64,000 nt of DNA from Octopus vulgaris. Its lineage: Eukaryota. Every line of letters begins with the position of its first letter. The first letter of the stretch is position 1. The stretch lies in contig OX597821.1 of assembly GCA_951406725.2 (NCBI GenBank), positions 100,626,001 through 100,690,000 on the forward strand. Direction: 5' to 3'. Shown piece by piece: positions 12,768 through 26,293 of this stretch. The notes below the pieces were generated by a model. It ran no database searches, was not told the origin of the DNA, and saw only the letters and a list, made by a program, of their open reading frames with translations. Made by a program: the position numbers and the translations under genes.

Positions 12768-14461
12768 TCTGCTCGATACAATGATACAGTGAATATTAAT
12801 TTAAAATTGGCGCATTTATTAAAACCGAAACATAAATTAAACTAAGAGTACATAGAATTTCGTGTGTCTCTTAAATCACTATGCAAAGCAGGCAATGAAA
12901 GATGGACCCCTGATCCAAAAAAAAAAGCATTCTTCTCTAATTCCTCCAATATGCTGAAAACCGAATTAAATTTACTTCGTATTCTAAGAAAGAAGGTTTA
13001 ATAATTAAAATCAACATCCGCCATTTTGTAATCTGAGATAGTTTCTGTTTACCAATATCATTAGTGATTAGTTTATTCAGGTTTGGTTTCACAAATATGG
13101 CATTTCGTTTGTAAATAGCATCACAATCATAAACACTACCACTAATGACTAAAATCTCAACGTATTTTTTTATATATTTTTAACATAGCTTTTCGTTACA
13201 TTTTGCTATTTTTTACTTCCTTTTATTTATTTTTTTTTTTAGTTTGAACCAAATTAACGTCCGTACCTTTTCCAATCATTTCTCCGATTGTGCGTATGAG
13301 AATATTTTATGTGACTAATATGAGTACGAGTTTGTTTCTGTGTGAGGATCTGTATGCGTGTGTGCATAAATGTATGTGGATGAATGTGTGGACACAAATT
13401 GATTATTTTTCCAACCTTTGATTACATTTTTTCGTCTGTTGTACGATTTGTCTGTTTTTTAAAGCTTTTCATTAAATATATTCTTAATGCCTAAATTCAC
13501 CTAAAATGATAGACAAGAACTTGTATTAGACTGTTATAAACAAAGTAAATATCTAAATTCTAATTAAATATGATTCCAGAAGTTAAAATGTAATAAATGA
13601 AAGGATCGGAAAGAACAAACATTGTAAACTTTTAATACACGATTATTATTATTATTATTATCAATTAGAAAGCATTTTTTTTCTTGATGATCTCTGACAC
13701 AAGGCATAGTCTGGTCTGTTGGTCCAATATACCTATTTCTTTACTATCTGTGTGCTATCAGAGAGGATAAACAAGGAGACAAACGGATTAAGCTTTCTCG
13801 ATTATATCTGTGACCTTTTCTGATGGTGCATTAATTTATCGATCAGAGGATGAAAGGCAAAGTCGACCTCAGCGGAATTTGAACTCAGAACGTAGCGGCA
13901 GGCGAAATACCGCTAAGTATTTCGCCCAGCGTGCTAACGTTTCTGCCAGCTCGCCACCAATATACCAATTATCACTACCCGGTTTATAAGGGTGCAGCAG
14001 GCACATGCATCACAACCATGAGTTCGACATCTTGATTTCATATCAAGATAAACAGCGCATCACATTGCAGGCGGGACCCAGTCACAATATTCTTCAGGTG
14101 AAGTAGCCCATCCTACGCTCAAACTTTCCCTGAATAAGGGTTGTTTAAGGATGTTGAAAGAACCACCCATGTTTCCAGAGGTGAACTATTCAAACCCCAA
14201 AGAATTCATCTCAACACTTGGCTGTGATGTTCCTCCACTACTTCTTCCCGTGAACGGAGATGCAGATATAATCAGCCACTAAGGGACTTGCTCAACTGGT
14301 TAAGGTCAAGCAGATCTGTGGTATTGAGCAAAATATTTGCTGTAGCCCATCTTTTACACCAAGCAAAACTTGTACATGATAACACTTCCAATCAGTTAAG
14401 ATGAAAAGCCATGAGAGTCACAGCCTGGTACTGCTTCAGGCAATAGCCACTGCCTGGTGTA

Positions 14462-14540
<79 letters not shown>

Positions 14541-14651
14541 GCTACTACTACTACTATTATTATTCTTATTATTTATTATTATTATTATTACTATTACTAC
14601 TACTACTACTATTATTATTATTATTATTATTATTAGCATCATCATCATTAT

Positions 14652-15007
14652 GACTTCCGCCTTTGAGAAGGCGGAGGTGTTTTCAGTCGTGTTTGTTTGT
14701 CCGTTGACAAGATATCTCAAGAACCGCTGGATAGATTCCAATGAAACTTTCAGGAATGTTTGGCCTCGTGACTGGCACAAACTGATTAGATTTTGTGATC
14801 GATCCAGTACCGAACAAGGATTCTGGATTATTTTTCCAGTTTTTTTAACTTAATTTTTGAGAGCGGTCGGGTTCATTTTTAGTATTCTCATTTGTGAGAG
14901 CAGTCGAGTTTACTTCAGATATTCTCATTTTAAAAAAATCATCTCCGGCTAATCGTTGAGAGGACATTGGTGTTACCTTGATTGAGGTTTGCGCTCTCTT
15001 AGTACTC

Positions 15008-15012
<5 letters not shown>
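14652..15012 (+). mobile_element. Non-autonomous Helentron-type (HINE/DINE-like) element; second copy 21857-22205 (-)
   Basis: 5' hairpin cttccgcc...ggcggagg, then gtttgtttgtcc, and 3' gaggtttgcgctctcttagtactcttgtt. A reverse-complement copy is present in the window. Confidence 0.7.
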
Positions 15013-15056
<44 letters not shown>

Positions 15057-15094
15057 AGTTATTATTATTATCATTATTATTATTGTTATTATTA

Positions 15095-15500
15095 TCCATA
15101 TGCTCACAATAGATTAGACTGTTGGAAAATTAAAATTCCTAATATTATTACAAGTAACTTTAGATGCCAAGAACCCTCCTAAGTATCCTAGCTGTGCCTA
15201 ATAACAGTTTTCTGTGCTAAACTGTGTTTTATCCCTATTTCCTCTATCCATCTGTTCAAATCTTTAGAGATAGTTCTTAATGCACCTATAACTACTAGGA
15301 ACCATTCTATCCGCACTTTGCCTAGTATTTGTAATTCAATGCCTAGGCCTGGTACTTTGCTATTTTTCTATACTTCTCATATTGATTTTTCATTATTTCG
15401 GACTGTAAAGTCAATTATCTGGCACTTTCTATTGTCTTTGTCTACTGCTACTAAATCAGGCGTTTTAGCATCTGTTACTCTGTCAGTCTGAAAGTTGATT
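15095..15500 (-). mobile_element. Old 5'-truncated R4/Dong-type RLE retrotransposon fragment
   Basis: Frame-shifted minus-strand translation NFQTDRVTDAKTPDLVAVDKDNRKCQIIDF...VIGALRTI...GTARILRRVLGI* (stop at about 15160). The 3' end runs into (TAA)n. Confidence 0.8.
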
Positions 15501-16505
15501 ATTATTTAAAACAGATCTGTTTGGCTCCATGCAACTTAAAGTTTCATAGGCTAGCTTGTTCAGGCTCAGATTACCGAATGGAGGGCACAGGAGGTCCATA
15601 ATGGCTGCTGGAAAACCGGGTGTTATTTGTCAAACTGGGTCACATAGTGTTGTAAGATCGACGAATCAGCGACAGCAGTTCCTTTTGGAAATTTCCTGAC
15701 AGGAAGCGTCTAGGTCCGGCAGAAGCAAGACCGGTAAGTATGTGTGTGTACAAGATGTATGAATGTGTGGATATGGGTATATTATTGTGTGTGTGTGCGT
15801 GTCCAACGGAATACATACATGACTTAGAAAAGGAAAATGAGTAACAGAATCGATCTGTTCGTCTGAATCTCTTCAAGGCAGTGCCCCAGCATGGTTTCAG
15901 CCAAATGAAGGAAATAAGTAAAGGATAATGATTTATAAATGAAGACATTTGTAAGTGATTTAGAGATCTACCAGAAAACTGACGCAGTTTCTATGAATAA
16001 AATAATTCATATGAACATAATAGTCACCCTGTTATTTAGCTGAATTTTGAGGCAACAAATATGAAATTAAGTTAACTAATGACTATGCTGGCAAACGAAG
16101 AGCATCATTATAGGTTTCGGAATGCACAAGTCTGAGAACTTAATTAAACCCCATTTTGCAGATTATGTGACAGGAATTTTGCTTGAAATGATATTCAAGA
16201 ATAAGAAATGATCGTCGAAAGAGAAAATTGTATAAAAATATTTAGAGCAAGGAAAATTCAATAAAAGAATGTAACACAATTAAAACTGTTTTCCAACTAT
16301 TTAAAGCAAGGAGTAATAAAAAGGTGTCTAAAATTTTATATGGCGGTGAAGGAAAACGTAACATTCTTTCATTAATATTACTTTAGCGATTTCTGCAGTT
16401 ACGGGTGATAACTTAGGACATGATCCACACCTATTATAACTCCATCAGCGAAGCATATATTTCACCATACGTTAAACGATGTATGTATAATATAATTAAG
16501 ATTTT

Positions 16506-17072
16506 AAGGCGGCGAGCTGGCAGAAATGTTAGCACGCCGGTCGAAATGCTTAACGTATTTCGTCTGCCGTTACATTCTGAGTTCAAATTCCGCCGAGGTC
16601 GACTTTGCCTTTCATCCTTTCGGGGTCGATTAAATAAGTACCAGTTACCCACTGGGGTCGATATAATCGATTTAATCCGTTTATCTGTCCTTGTTTGTCC
16701 TCTCTGTGTTTAACCCCTTGTGGGTAGTAAAGAAATAGGTATTTCATCTGCCGCTACGTTCTGAGTTCAAATTCCGCCTTTCATCCTTTCGGGGTCGATT
16801 AAATAAATACCAGTTACGCACTGAGGTCGATATAATCGACTTAATCCGTTTGTCTGTCCTTGTTTGTGTTCTATATGTTTAGCCCCTTGTGGGCAGTAAA
16901 GAAATAGGTATTTCGTCTGTCTTTACGTTCTGAATTCAAATTCCGTCGAGGTCGACTTTGCCTTTCATCCTTTCGGGGTCGATAAATTAAGTACCATTTG
17001 CGTACTGGGGTTGATCTAATTGACTGGCCCCCTCTCCAAAATTTCGGGCCTTCTGCTTAGAGTAGAAAAGAA
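16506..17072 (+). mobile_element. SINE family B, three-unit tandem array
   Basis: One head (ggcggcgagctggcagaa) followed by three core units; two end in ...agtaaagaaata and the last in ...agagtagaaaagaat. Confidence 0.9.
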
Positions 17073-17356
17073 TGTAATTAAGATTTTTTTTTCAAAATAT
17101 TTAATGCAAGGAGCTTTAATACGTTGACTTAAAAGTTATTTTGCCATGAAGAAAACAAGAATTCTTTAAATTATTCAATTAGGTGTGATAAATGTTTGAG
17201 GCCTTATTATAAACCTCAGCAACAAATAGTGTATTTCACCACAGTTGCCAAAGTAATGACGGAAAAATAACTGAGATGTAAAATGATATACATTAGTTGA
17301 GGTGAAGAATAAATTTTTATTCATAGATCGGCGAACCGGGTCATATTGCCCGCGCT

Positions 17357-17458
17357 CAATCCCACTGCGTGGCACCTTGGGTATGTGTCTTCTACTATAA
17401 CTTTGGGCCGACCAAAGCCTTGTGAGTTGATTTGGTAGATAAACTGAAAGAAACCCGT

Positions 17459-17514
<56 letters not shown>

Positions 17515-17705
17515 GTATATACGTATGTATGTATGTATGTGTGTGGCTGTGTTTGTGTCTCTACTACCATTGCTTGACAAACGATGTTGGCGTGTTTACG
17601 TCCCCGTAACTAGGTTTTCAAAGAATAAGTCCTGGGATCGATCCGTTCGACTAAAGGCGGCGCTCCAGCATGTCCGCAGTCAAAAGACTGAAACAAGTAA
17701 AATAA
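17357..17705 (+). mobile_element. SINE family A (5' truncated)
   Basis: cccactgcgtggcaccttggg... through the gaaacaagtaaaa tail. Confidence 0.85.
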
Positions 17706-17873
17706 TAAATATATAAAAGAATAGATGCCGTCTGCATAAAAAAAATAATTGTTATGTTCGTGTACGCGAACACGCATCTGCTGAGAGGTATTCTAGTCTC
17801 CATCGTACCGTTGTAGTTTCTTTTTTTAATCATAGGTTACAATCCTATAGATCCTTCTTATTTATGTATGTAT

Positions 17874-17953
<80 letters not shown>

Positions 17954-17966
17954 GCACGTATGTAGG

Positions 17967-18101
<135 letters not shown>

Positions 18102-18599
18102 GTTCGAATGGGATAAAACATATTCACAAATTTCAGTTCCTTAAAAATGGAAAGAGAAGTGGGAGAAGAGAGAGAGAGAGAAGTGGGAGAAGAGAGAGTA
18201 CGAGGGAGGCTAAGAAAGAGAGAGGAGAAAAATAGACTAATGCGGAAAAAACACAAGCATGTGGTCACATTCTAGGGAAGTATTTCAATAAGTACAATGT
18301 GTTTTGTAATAAAATTAGAAAGAAACTGCTACAAAACCAGGTATTTTGTGAGGCGAGAGAAAATAGGCCAGGCGGAAAGATGAAGTTTTAATGAGAGAGA
18401 ATCAAATATTGTTATCATCGCAATTAAATAAGAAACAATTAGAACTCGTTATCAAATCGAAATTTTTTTACGGACGCCATTAAGATTCATCCAATGTTTG
18501 GCAATTGAGATAAAACTGGTTCCCAGCTAATAGGTGAGTGTAGCTGTGTATATATATATATCTATATATATATATGTGCGTGTGTTGTACATATATATG

Positions 18600-18670
<71 letters not shown>

Positions 18671-18782
18671 GTGTGTGTGTATATATATATATATGGATAG
18701 TTTACGAAAAGAATAAAAGACGAAGACAGGTAGTGTACAAAACAAACAGATGTATTAGTATAACGCTCAGGAATAGAAAAAG

Positions 18783-18820
18783 TCTTTTACATTTCGAGCC
18801 TACGCTCTTCTACAGAAAGA
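18783..18820 (-). ncRNA. Minimal hammerhead-like motif in a short element (about 18695-18905) abutting (TA)n
   Basis: Minus strand: tcttt-CTGTAGA-a-gagc-gtag-gctc-GAAA-tg-TA-aaaga. Stems I and II pair; the core is non-canonical. Confidence 0.6.
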
Positions 18821-18919
18821 GACACAGAATAAACAAGGAGAGAGAAAAGGAGAGAAAAAGGGAGAGAAAAATGTGTGTAGTAGCTAACGATCTATCATGG
18901 CGACTAGTATTAATATGGA

Positions 18920-19620
18920 CACGGTTATGATTTTGTGGTTTAGACGCTCGCTTCGCAACCACGTGGTTTTGGGTTCAGTCTCCTGCGAGGCACCTTGATC
19001 AAGTATCTTCTGATATGCCCTGGAACAGGTAGTACCTTGTGGCGGAATTAAGTAGACAGGAACTGTGGTCCCAGAATCTCTTGTACCAATGAATCAAATG
19101 TAATATCAGCATATATTCGTCGTAGAATGGAAGCTGTTTTCCTGTGACGAACAAAACAGCGATTAGCATATTCAACACACACAAGCATACATATACACAC
19201 ACACACACTCTCTCTCCGTATTTATGTTACCCAGCACCACTGCTTAACAACCAGTTTTAGTTTGGTTAAGTTTCCGTAAGTTAGCAGTTCGGTAATAAGG
19301 TCCGACGTAATTAGTACCATGTTTCTTTCATTTTCTTTTATTTGTTTCAGTCATTTGACTGTAGCCATGCTGGAGCACCACCTTTAGTCGAACAAATCCA
19401 CCCTAGGACTTATTCTTTGTAAGCCTAGTACTTATTCTATCGGTCTCTTTAGCCGAACTTAAGTTACGGGGACGTAAACATGCCAACGCGTCTTTCAGTT
19501 TCCGTCCACCAAATCCACTCACAACATTTTGGTCGGCCCGAGGCTATAGTGGAAGACATTTGCCCATGGTGCCACGCAGTGGATCTCAATCTGAAATCAT
19601 CTGGTTGGAAAGCAATGCTC
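18920..19620. mobile_element. Two decayed SINE A copies (plus 18920-19320, minus 19330-19620); the first carries an insert at about 19066-19172
   Basis: Family A head and tail similarity. The insert matches 19981-20082. Confidence 0.7.
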
Positions 19621-19942
19621 ATACTATGATTTTTTTAAAAAGTACTTGAATCGATGTATTTAAAACCTTCAAATGCGGTACTGCAATATGGTAACAACCC
19701 AATGGGGTAAAAGATGTATTAAATGAAATATAAAATATGAGTAAAATTGAATAATGTGAATCATTATTAATAGTTTTAATATCGTGTTTATAGACAGGAA
19801 ATGTTTGTTCATACAAGTCCTTGGATTTAGAATATAACTATTCACCATGCATATGATGATTTGTTATTGCTTAGCAAACAGTTTTGTCCGTTAAAGTCAT
19901 AAAGATCATTGGCTCTTGCGAGATTCATTGATCCGGAAGTGT

Positions 19943-19989
19943 TTCTTGCTGACGAGGCAGAGCGATGTCGAAACACCGGTGTCCCAGAA
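19943..19989 (+). ncRNA. Type-I hammerhead ribozyme with GUC cleavage site
   Basis: ttcttg-CTGACGA-ggca...tgtc-GAAA-caccggtg-TC-ccagaa. Palindromic stem III; outer stem attcattgat (19923)/atcaatgaat (19998). Confidence 0.85.
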
Positions 19990-20584
19990 TCCCTTGTATC
20001 AATGAATTTTAGTGTAGTATGAGCATATATTTGTCGTAAAAAAAAAGCAGTCCTTCTGTAACGAACAAGGAGCGATTAGCACACTCACGTTCGAATGTGC
20101 CGAATAGATATGCAAGCCATTGCTTTAAATCTCACTGTTCGCTGTGCACCTTGTGATTTATTGAAAGAAATTTTATTTCTTGTGAGACCTCTAAGGGTCG
20201 TTGACCATATATTACAAATACAGGGGTCAGAATTCATAAGATTGGGAAAGGAAAAACTTTAGCAATGTCATCGACTTTCGTAGCAGAGTTGAAGCGAGAA
20301 ATCATAGATTGAAAAAAAAATGTATGTGAAATATATATGAATTGGTATGAAGAATGTAATATCTTCCATGCAGATTCTATTTGTTTCTATATGATTGATG
20401 TAAAAGAGATATTCCCAGAGACCCCAATCTCTGTATTATCATATATCAATAACATCAATAATGCAAGTTTATGTGTGGATATACGCGCATATTTAGGCGT
20501 TTAATACACACACATACACACACACACACACACACATGCACTCATTCACACATACACTCACACTCACACATACACACACACACC

Positions 20585-20635
<51 letters not shown>

Positions 20636-20686
20636 GCATATATAGGATAATTTCATTCGGATGATTTATGTGTGTCTGTCTGTGTG

Positions 20687-20758
<72 letters not shown>

Positions 20759-20763
20759 CAGAC

Positions 20764-20853
<90 letters not shown>

Positions 20854-21213
20854 GGAGATAAACAGACACATAATCAGACAGTCAGATAGACAGACACATA
20901 GATTCATCAGTGCACCCTGTAATGGCCTCTTAAGAGAAGCACCACCTCATTTTCTTCTGCTCATTGGTACCATAGAAAAATGTGTTTTAGTCATTCAAGA
21001 AGAACGAGGGTTTGTAATCTTCAAGTATATTTCCAGTTCTCTTAATTTACGCTGTGTTGTGCACAAAATACAATTCGTTCAATTGACGGCGAGTCATCAA
21101 AAAACACTAACGTGAAAACTATACGTTCTACTACGATGACAACCTAATTTTTGATCCCTTTATGTATGAACTGCAAACTCTTTGGTATTGAGGGCGAAGG
21201 AAGATCTGGTATG

Positions 21214-21261
21214 TTTCGTCTGAGGAGCAGTCAAGAGAGCGCGAAACGCTCCGTCATGGGA
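21214..21261 (+). ncRNA. Type-I hammerhead ribozyme with GUC cleavage site
   Basis: tttcgt-CTGAGGA-gc...gc-GAAA-cg-ctc-cg-TC-atggga. Stem I pairs with G-U wobbles. Confidence 0.7.
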
Positions 21262-21550
21262 TTTATTCAGGCTTTTCAGCACAGTAGTATCATAAAAAGA
21301 ATGTCTCTTTTATATTTCATACATTGTTAGAGATGGTCATGATTGTCTCACGAGTAGACAAGACATCATGTATGTTATGTATAGATGTGTGTGTGTGTGT
21401 GCGTATAGGTGTGTGTGTGTGTGTGTGTGTTTGCATGCATGCGTGCGTCTCTGTGTTCTGGTCGGCGAACAAAGCGAGCCATTCCACTCATTGCCAGCTA
21501 AACCATATATATATATATATATTTATATATAAATATATATAATATATATA

Positions 21551-22410
21551 CAGTTATACCTCACTTTACACGGACTCACTTTACGAGATCCTGGCTTTAC
21601 GAGTTTTATTTTTCAAGCACAAGATCCAAATTTTGAGCGAAGTGCAGAAGTTTCTACTGCCATGATAAATATTTCTGCGTGCTACCGAGAAATTTATAGA
21701 GAGCGAGAAACAAATTCTCAGCAAACAATTCTAGACTTACTTTTTAGGAGAGATCAACGAGTCCGTCTACGAGTGCTTGCGAATTGGCGAACGTATGTAC
21801 AAATGATGGTGTGCGTGAGTCTAGTGCGAATGAAAGTGATTCAGAAAACAATTATGACAAGAGTACTAAGAGAGCGCAGACCTCCGCTAAGGCAACACCA
21901 ACTTCCTCTCAACGGTTAGCCAGGGATGATATCTAAAATACCAATATCTGAAGTAAACTCGACTGCTCTCACAAACGAGAATACTAAAAATGAACCCGAC
22001 CGCTCTCAAACATTAAGTAAAATAACCGGGAAAATAATCCAGAATCCTTGTCCGGTACCGGATCGATCCCAAAAGTTCGTGCCTGTCACGAGGCCAAGCA
22101 ACCCTGAAAGTTTCATTGGAATCGATCCAGCGTTTCGTGAGATATCTTGTCTACAGACAAACAAACGCGACTGAAAACAATACCTCCGCCTTCGATAAGG
22201 CTAATTATATTTTTTATTATAAATGATGCTCACATGTTCTTTACATTCTACTGTTGTTTTATTGACATGCATTTATGAGTGTTATAAATTTTATAGGTAA
22301 TATATTTTTCTGGTAACGAATTACGCTACTATGGGAACATATTACTACAATGGGAACTTGTTGCTCTACTTTACGAGTTTCCGTTTCACGAATGGTCTCC
22401 AGAAACAAAT
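21551..22410. mobile_element. Decayed pogo/Tigger-like non-autonomous DNA element with a nested HINE copy (21857-22205)
   Basis: Begins TA-cagttatacctcactttac with reiterated ctttacgag motifs that recur at about 22365-22390. Confidence 0.4.
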
Positions 22411-22414
22411 AGCC

Positions 22415-22822
22415 TTTTCTTCTCTAGACACAAAGCCCGAAATTTCTGGGGAGGGGGCCAGTCGATTAGATCGGCCCCAGTATGCAAGTAGTACTTAATT
22501 TATCCATCCCGAAAGGATGAAACGCAAGGTCCACGGCGGAATTTGAACTCAGAACGTAAGGACAGAGGAAATACCGCTAAGTATTTCGCCTGGTGTGCTA
22601 ATGTTTCATTTTTTTTTATTGCCTACAAGGGGCTAAACATAGAGGGGACAAACAAGGACAGACAAGCGGATTAAGTCGATTACTGGTACTTAATTTATCG
22701 ACCCCGAAAGGATGAAAAGCAAAGTCGTCCACGGCGGAATTTGAACTCAGAACGTAACGGCAGACGAAATATCGCTAAGCATTTCGTCCGGCGTGCTAAC
22801 GTTTCTGCCAGCTCGCCGCCTT
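22415..22822 (-). mobile_element. SINE family B, two-unit array
   Basis: Same head, core and tails as 16506-17072, reverse complemented. Confidence 0.85.
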
Positions 22823-23079
22823 TCCGGAAACAAATATCGAGCCAATACTATACTATACATACTATACTATACATACATACATATATATATGTGTGAACGG
22901 GTGCACAATGTGCCACGTGTCTGGCATCAAAATGATTACAGAGCAAAATGAGATGAAGTGTTTTGCTGAAGAACACAACCCTACTACCCGGTATAGAAAT
23001 CGAAGTCGTGATTGCTAGATCGTGAGTGCAACCCCGTAACAACTAAGCCATGCGCCCCTCATATATAAGTATAGATATT

Positions 23080-23157
<78 letters not shown>

Positions 23158-24339
23158 TTCTTTCAGTTTCCATCTACCAAACCCACTCACAAAAGTGTGG
23201 TCGGCCCGAGGCTATGTAGTAGGAGACACTTGCCCAAGGTGCTACGCAGTAGGACTGAACTCAGAACCAGGTGGCCGGGGAGCAAGTTTATTGCCACACA
23301 GCCACGCCTGCTCCCATTATATGTAAGTGTGTATGTGTGTATGTGTGTGTGAGTGTATGTGTGTGTACACGTGTGTATGTGTGTGTGTGTGTGTGTGTGC
23401 GTGTAAAATAGTCGTATATAAGGCATCCAAATTTATTGATTCACTCACTCTCTCTTTCGATTAATCTCTCTTCGACACACTCACACGCATGTATAAGAGT
23501 ATACACAAACATATACGCATATTTGTCATCGCTAACACCGCAAATATCATCATCTTCGTCGTCATCATCATCATCATCGTCATCATCATCATCAGCGTCA
23601 TCATCATCATCAGCGTCATCATCATCATCATCGGCGTCGTCATTTTTCGTCATCATCATCATTATTACCGTCATCACAGGTCATGTTGTTTATCTATTGT
23701 TTTGTCAACAGTTACCATCATCATTGTCATCGTTGTCGTCATCGTCAGCATTGTAAACATCATCAGCAGCAGCAGCAGCGACACCAGAAACGCCGCCACC
23801 ACCACCACCACCACCACCACCACCACCATTACCATCACCATCAGTTGCAGTGCCAGCACTAGCCTCCTCATCGTCATCATGATCATAATTGCCATCACCG
23901 GACACCACTATCACTATCATCACCACAAGCATTAACACCACCAACATAACCATTATTGTCAGCAGCATCAACGCCATCATCATCATCGTCATCGTCGTCG
24001 ATATCGCCATCATCGTCGTCGCCATCTTAGGTCATGCTTTATTTTGGGCTTTTTTGTTTTGATTTTTTTCTTCTATTTTTTGTAGCTATTTTGTCGGCTG
24101 TATTCTTCCGCTTTTGTTGAAGCTGTGATTGCTATTCCAAAAATTGTTGTTGCTGTTGTTGTTGCTTCCATTGGGAGACGGCGACGTTATTGTTATTGTA
24201 ATCGTGGTCTTTTGATCTTTTAGATGCCCAGTTTCGTTATTGTTGTTGTTGATATTATTATTATTATTATTATTTATAATATAATATATCATCATCATCA
24301 TCATCGTCGTCGTCGTCATCATCATCGTCATCATCATCA

Positions 24340-24380
<41 letters not shown>

Positions 24381-24383
<3 letters not shown>

Positions 24384-25911
24384 TAGTTTTATTTTTATTT
24401 TTATAGCGTGCTTTCACTTCACTACCGAGCGCAGCTCTGTGTGCCTTGGGTATGTGCTGTGATTTGTTGTGATGCTCTGATGGTTATTGTATGGAAAGTG
24501 TTCTGCGTAGGATGTGGGCAGTGCCTAGTAGTGCAATTTTCTGTATGTTATATGTGTTTGTAAGTCCTGGTGTTTTTGTTATGTATTTGTCTGAATATTT
24601 TTTTATCATGCCTAATGCACCTACTATGATAGGAATTGTTTCTGTTTTCAGATTCCACATTCTAGTTACCTCTATTTCCAGGTCTTTGTATTTTGAGAGT
24701 TTCTCCATTTCTTTTAGAGACACGTTGTCATCTGCCGGTATTGATACATCAATTAAAAAGCATTTTTTTTTCTTCATGATCTCTGACAACTATATCTGGT
24801 CTGTTGGCCTTAATTTCTCTATCTGTGTGTATCGGCATATCCCAGAGTATGGTTGCTTTCTCGTTTTCTGTGACCTTTTCTGGTGTGTGCCTATACCATC
24901 TTTTTTCTGTTGTTATTCCATAATGTTGGCATAGCTTCCAATGTATGTAGGTTCCAACTCTGTCATGTCTGTGAATATATTCCTTCTTAGCCAGGACTGG
25001 GCAGCTAGAGATAATATGATTTATTGTTTCTTGTCCATCTCCACATATTCTGCAGTTACTTGTAATATTTCTTTTCATTACATGTTTTTGGTAATTTCTG
25101 GTGGGGAGGCTTTGGTCTTGTGCTGCAATTAAAAATCCCTCTGTTTCTGCTTTGAGTCCTGAGCTTCTCAACCATTGCTGGGATTTTTCTTTGTCTATTT
25201 CTTTTGCGTTTAGTTTAGTGCAGTATTTACCATGAAGGGGCTTTTCTTGCCATCGTTTTATCATGGTTCGTTGCTGTTCTGTTTTTAGTTTGGATTTCAT
25301 TTGTTTTATAGCTTTTGTTGTTTCTTCATCTTCTTCTTCTTCTTCATGTTTATTAGGTGGTATGATTTCTTGTTTGTATTTGTCAGCTTCCTTAAATACT
25401 GAGAACAGTTTTTTGTTTTGCTCGTGTTTTGCCGCTATCTGGATCAGTTTTCCTTCCTTCTGAAGTAGATATTTTTGCAGTCCTATGGTGGTTATTTTAT
25501 AGTAGTTTTCCAGCTGTATAAGGCCTCTACCACCTTCCATACGTTGTATATATAGTCTTTCTATGTCAGATTTTGGGTGATGCATCCTAGATCCTGTCAT
25601 TATTTTTCTTGTTTTCCTATCTATTTTGGTCAGTTCATTTCGTGTCCAGTTAAGGATATTGTAGCTGTAACTTATAACTGGGACAGCTAAAGTGTTGATA
25701 CCTATTATCTTGTTTTTAGCATTGAGCTCTGTGTTTAGTATTGATCTAACTCGTCTATAATATTCTTTTTTTATTTTCTCTTTCATTTGTGTGTGTTGTG
25801 TCTTATCTAGTTCATGGATTCCTAAGTATTTGTAAGTTTGGCTTTGGTCTAATTCTTTTATTTCATTGGTTTTATCTAGTGTGATGTTGTTACTCTTAAC
25901 TAGTTTTCCTC

Positions 25912-25913
<2 letters not shown>
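24381..25913 (-). mobile_element. 5'-truncated R4/Dong-clade non-LTR retrotransposon inserted in a (TAA)n tract
   Basis: Contains the RT end (YKYLGI), a CCHC knuckle (CRICG..ETINHIISSC), RHD, and the RLE motifs RPDIVV..LIDVSIP..EKLSKYKDL..IIVGALG. About 100 bp of 3' UTR; (TAA)n on both sides. Confidence 0.93.
24484..25912 (-). pseudogene. C-terminal part of the RT/CCHC/RLE polyprotein, split by one frameshift in an A-run (24763-24771)
   Basis: ORFs 24749..26314 and 24484..24789 join at DHEEKK|CFLIDV. No other disruption over about 475 codons. Confidence 0.9.
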
Positions 25914-25969
<56 letters not shown>

Positions 25970-25971
25970 CA

Positions 25972-26002
<31 letters not shown>

Positions 26003-26012
26003 CATTATTATT

Positions 26013-26085
<73 letters not shown>

Positions 26086-26098
26086 TTTTTAATATCAA

Positions 26099-26149
<51 letters not shown>

Positions 26150-26214
26150 CATTATTATTATCATTATTATTATCATTATTATTATCATCATCATCATTAT
26201 TATTATTATTATCC

Positions 26215-26293
<79 letters not shown>

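Noticed and set aside
14020-14102. Hammerhead on the minus strand (CTGAAGA...GAAA)
   Set aside because: No stem I pairing, and the cleavage position would be G.
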